A stretch of DNA of 61,917 nucleotides, the filler included, from Squatina squatina (Eukaryota), in the NCBI GenBank assembly GCA_031763465.1. It is 4 parts of 4 records of this genome, joined end to end, with 100 filler letters (N's around TTAATTAATTAA, not from the genome) between each part and the next. Parts side by side here need not be neighbours in the genome. Positions count along the whole stretch, not along the records: positions 47,287 to 61,917 come from JARFOE010000121.1; 3 more parts are not named here. One strand, given 5' to 3'. The translations under genes were made by a program, and so were the position numbers. Positions 59,931 through 61,917 of this stretch are shown here, in pieces (position 1 is the stretch's first letter; every line of letters begins with the position of its first letter). Below the pieces are notes generated by a model. That model saw nothing but the letters and a program-made list of their open reading frames with translations, searched no databases and was not told where the DNA came from.

Positions 59931-60543
59931 GTTTTCGTCTTCCCTCTTGTTTATCTCTCTTCCTGTGCCCAATATCATTCTTTGGCCAAGAGAGTGGGAA
60001 TGCACTCTATTACCTGGTTGCTGCACCACTAGTTGCTAAGAGGTGCATCAGTGCTCTTTTTAGTTGGGTAACAATGACAAATTATGTATGACTCCTTATT
60101 TAAATGGTAGACTCCCTTCTCTTTAAGCCAAAAGTCTAAAAATATCTTTTTGGATGTTAAAATTAAACGATCGGCAAGTTAGAGAATCTGTTTTTTTAGC
60201 TTTTTTTAAATGGAAAAATAAAAGTGCAACCATGTTTGTATGTTTGTAAAATTTTAGCTTGCTCTAAAATTTTCTCTTTGTTGTGATTCATTGGTTTAAA
60301 AAAATCCCTTCTGTATTGTTTTTATGCATTGTTATTGTCCAACTAATAGGGTGTTATGAGCCTGGTATTCATGGGTAAATTAACCTGTTATCGCAAGAGA
60401 ATCCAGGCATTAACAACATGATAATATGATCAAATTGCAGCTGAGGTGTCCTTATAATCTAATAATCACACCCAAAATGAAAGATTGTGTCAGAGACTCC
60501 GAGCTGGCAAATGTTCACTCTTTGATTCTTCTTCCCCCTAAAG

Positions 60544-60664
60544 TCTGAAAGAAATGAAAGCCGCCCAAGGATCAGACCTGATTTTCAGTCGAACCAAGCC
60601 TTCCGACGCCGTGTGGACTTCAACCACACAGCTGTTCACATCCCCACAGACATCTACGAGGGCT
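60544..60664 (+). CDS. CACNA2D1: Voltage-gated calcium channel alpha2/delta-1 exon (about exon 6)
   Basis: Polypyrimidine tract, aag|SERNESRPRIRPDFQSNQAFRRRVDFNHTAVHIPTDIYEG t|gtgagt; AVHIPTDIYEG matches alpha2delta-1 as recalled (alpha2delta-2 has VQIPTDIYKG). Confidence 0.88.
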
Positions 60665-61917
60665 GTGAGTATTCTCTGCTCTTTGCATTCTGTAACTTTT
60701 TTTAAAAGCACCGAATTCTCTTTGGTACATGAGTGCAACCTTGAACAGCTTCAGTGTACAGTGTGCGGCATATTACTTTTCAGGAAGGCTAAGTCTGAAA
60801 GAGAGCAGCAGAATTTTCATTCAAGCCTACTATTCAAATAGAAATAATTTTGTAGCCTAGATGTTGGAGGACATCTGGGANNNNNNNNNNNNNNNNNNNN
60901 NNNNNNNNNNNNNNNNNNNNNNNNNNNNNNNNNNNNNNNNNNNNNNNNNNNNNNNNNNNNNNNNNNNNNNNNNNNNNNNNNNNNNNNNNNNNNNNNNNNN
61001 NNNNNNNNNNNNNNNNNNNNNNNNNNNNNNNNNNNNNNNNNNNNNNNNNATCGTAAGCACTTTCATTGCTGTAAGCTTTTGCCGTTTTCGCGAACTAATG
61101 GTATTTAATGCAGATAAATCAGTTCTCCACTCACCTTGCACCCTAAGATAAATGATTCCTTCAACTCTGTGCTTCATTTGACATTGTGTACTGGTGAATT
61201 TTTCATATACCGTACATGCTATTCACTCGGCTTTGGTAATAGAATCTGATTTAGTGTCTACTAATATTTAGTCCACTTGTGTCTATGTGAATTCCCATTC
61301 AGAACCCATGTTCGTCTCCTCTGACAGACAAACAAGAAACACTTGGAGAATGCTCCATTGGAGTGAAAAATCCTAATGCTTCCTCCATGCTGCAGTGTGG
61401 AGTGTGCAGTGCTGATTGCTCTGCAGTGCAATCTGAAAGAGATGTATTCTCACGTCTTCAAGTGCTGTATCAAACTTTGCTCAGTATTTCCAAGCACTGG
61501 AACACAATCCATATGTAAATGTAAAAGTGTCTGGAAATCATTTTTATCCTACTCGGTTTGGAAGTTGCAGTGTCCAAATATTTGATTGTAAAATGCAATA
61601 TGTGCAACACATGCTGTGGTTAGAATTGAGAATGTTACCCCAGGGTGTGATTTGAAATCTTATAAAATACCTTTGTGCAACAGTTTGTTTTTCATTGTGA
61701 TGAATACATCAACAAGAGTCTTCAGTGCAGTCACACAGTGAGAAAACGCTGATCTTTCCTTGTTTTTGTGCCACTCAGCTTGCTTTATACTGTGACTTAA
61801 AGCATTGGTGCAAAGGAAAACCACATGTACCATTTGCTGATCAGTTGTTCAAGGCTTTCGAGCGTTTCCAATTAACTTTCAATAATCATTGCCTCTTCTA
61901 CATCTGTTGTGTCTCCA

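Overview
This is eukaryotic DNA, almost certainly from a cartilaginous fish (shark-type CR1/L2/Penelope/SINE/MITE repertoire and vertebrate exons), taken from a fragmented draft assembly. Three artificial N44-TTAATTAATTAA-N44 spacers split it into four unrelated pieces, and many 100-N gaps evidently hide large amounts of sequence. Piece 1 (1-13416) has minus-strand exons of COL4A3, MFF and MRPL44, plus one plus-strand HSPH1-like exon that is out of expected context. Piece 2 (13517-32132) is repeat-dense: a disabled two-exon GPR139/142-like GPCR, decayed CR1 LINEs, nested MITEs, an old ~2.1 kb segmental duplication and a minisatellite built from a LINE tail. Piece 3 (32233-47186) has the last USP38 exon and GAB1 exons; the GAB1 PH-domain exon is present only as its 3' half, behind unrelated promoter-like sequence. 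Piece 4 (47287-61917) has a 4.3 kb 28-bp satellite with higher-order structure and one CACNA2D1 exon. Nearly all ORFs in the supplied track are spurious. I see no convincing new multi-gene system. The best leads are the split GAB1 exon, the misplaced Hsp110 exon, a hammerhead remnant in a Penelope element and the satellite/MITE structures; assembly error is a live alternative for the first two. Gene and repeat-family identities come from my recall of vertebrate sequences, not from a database search, and repeat boundaries are approximate.
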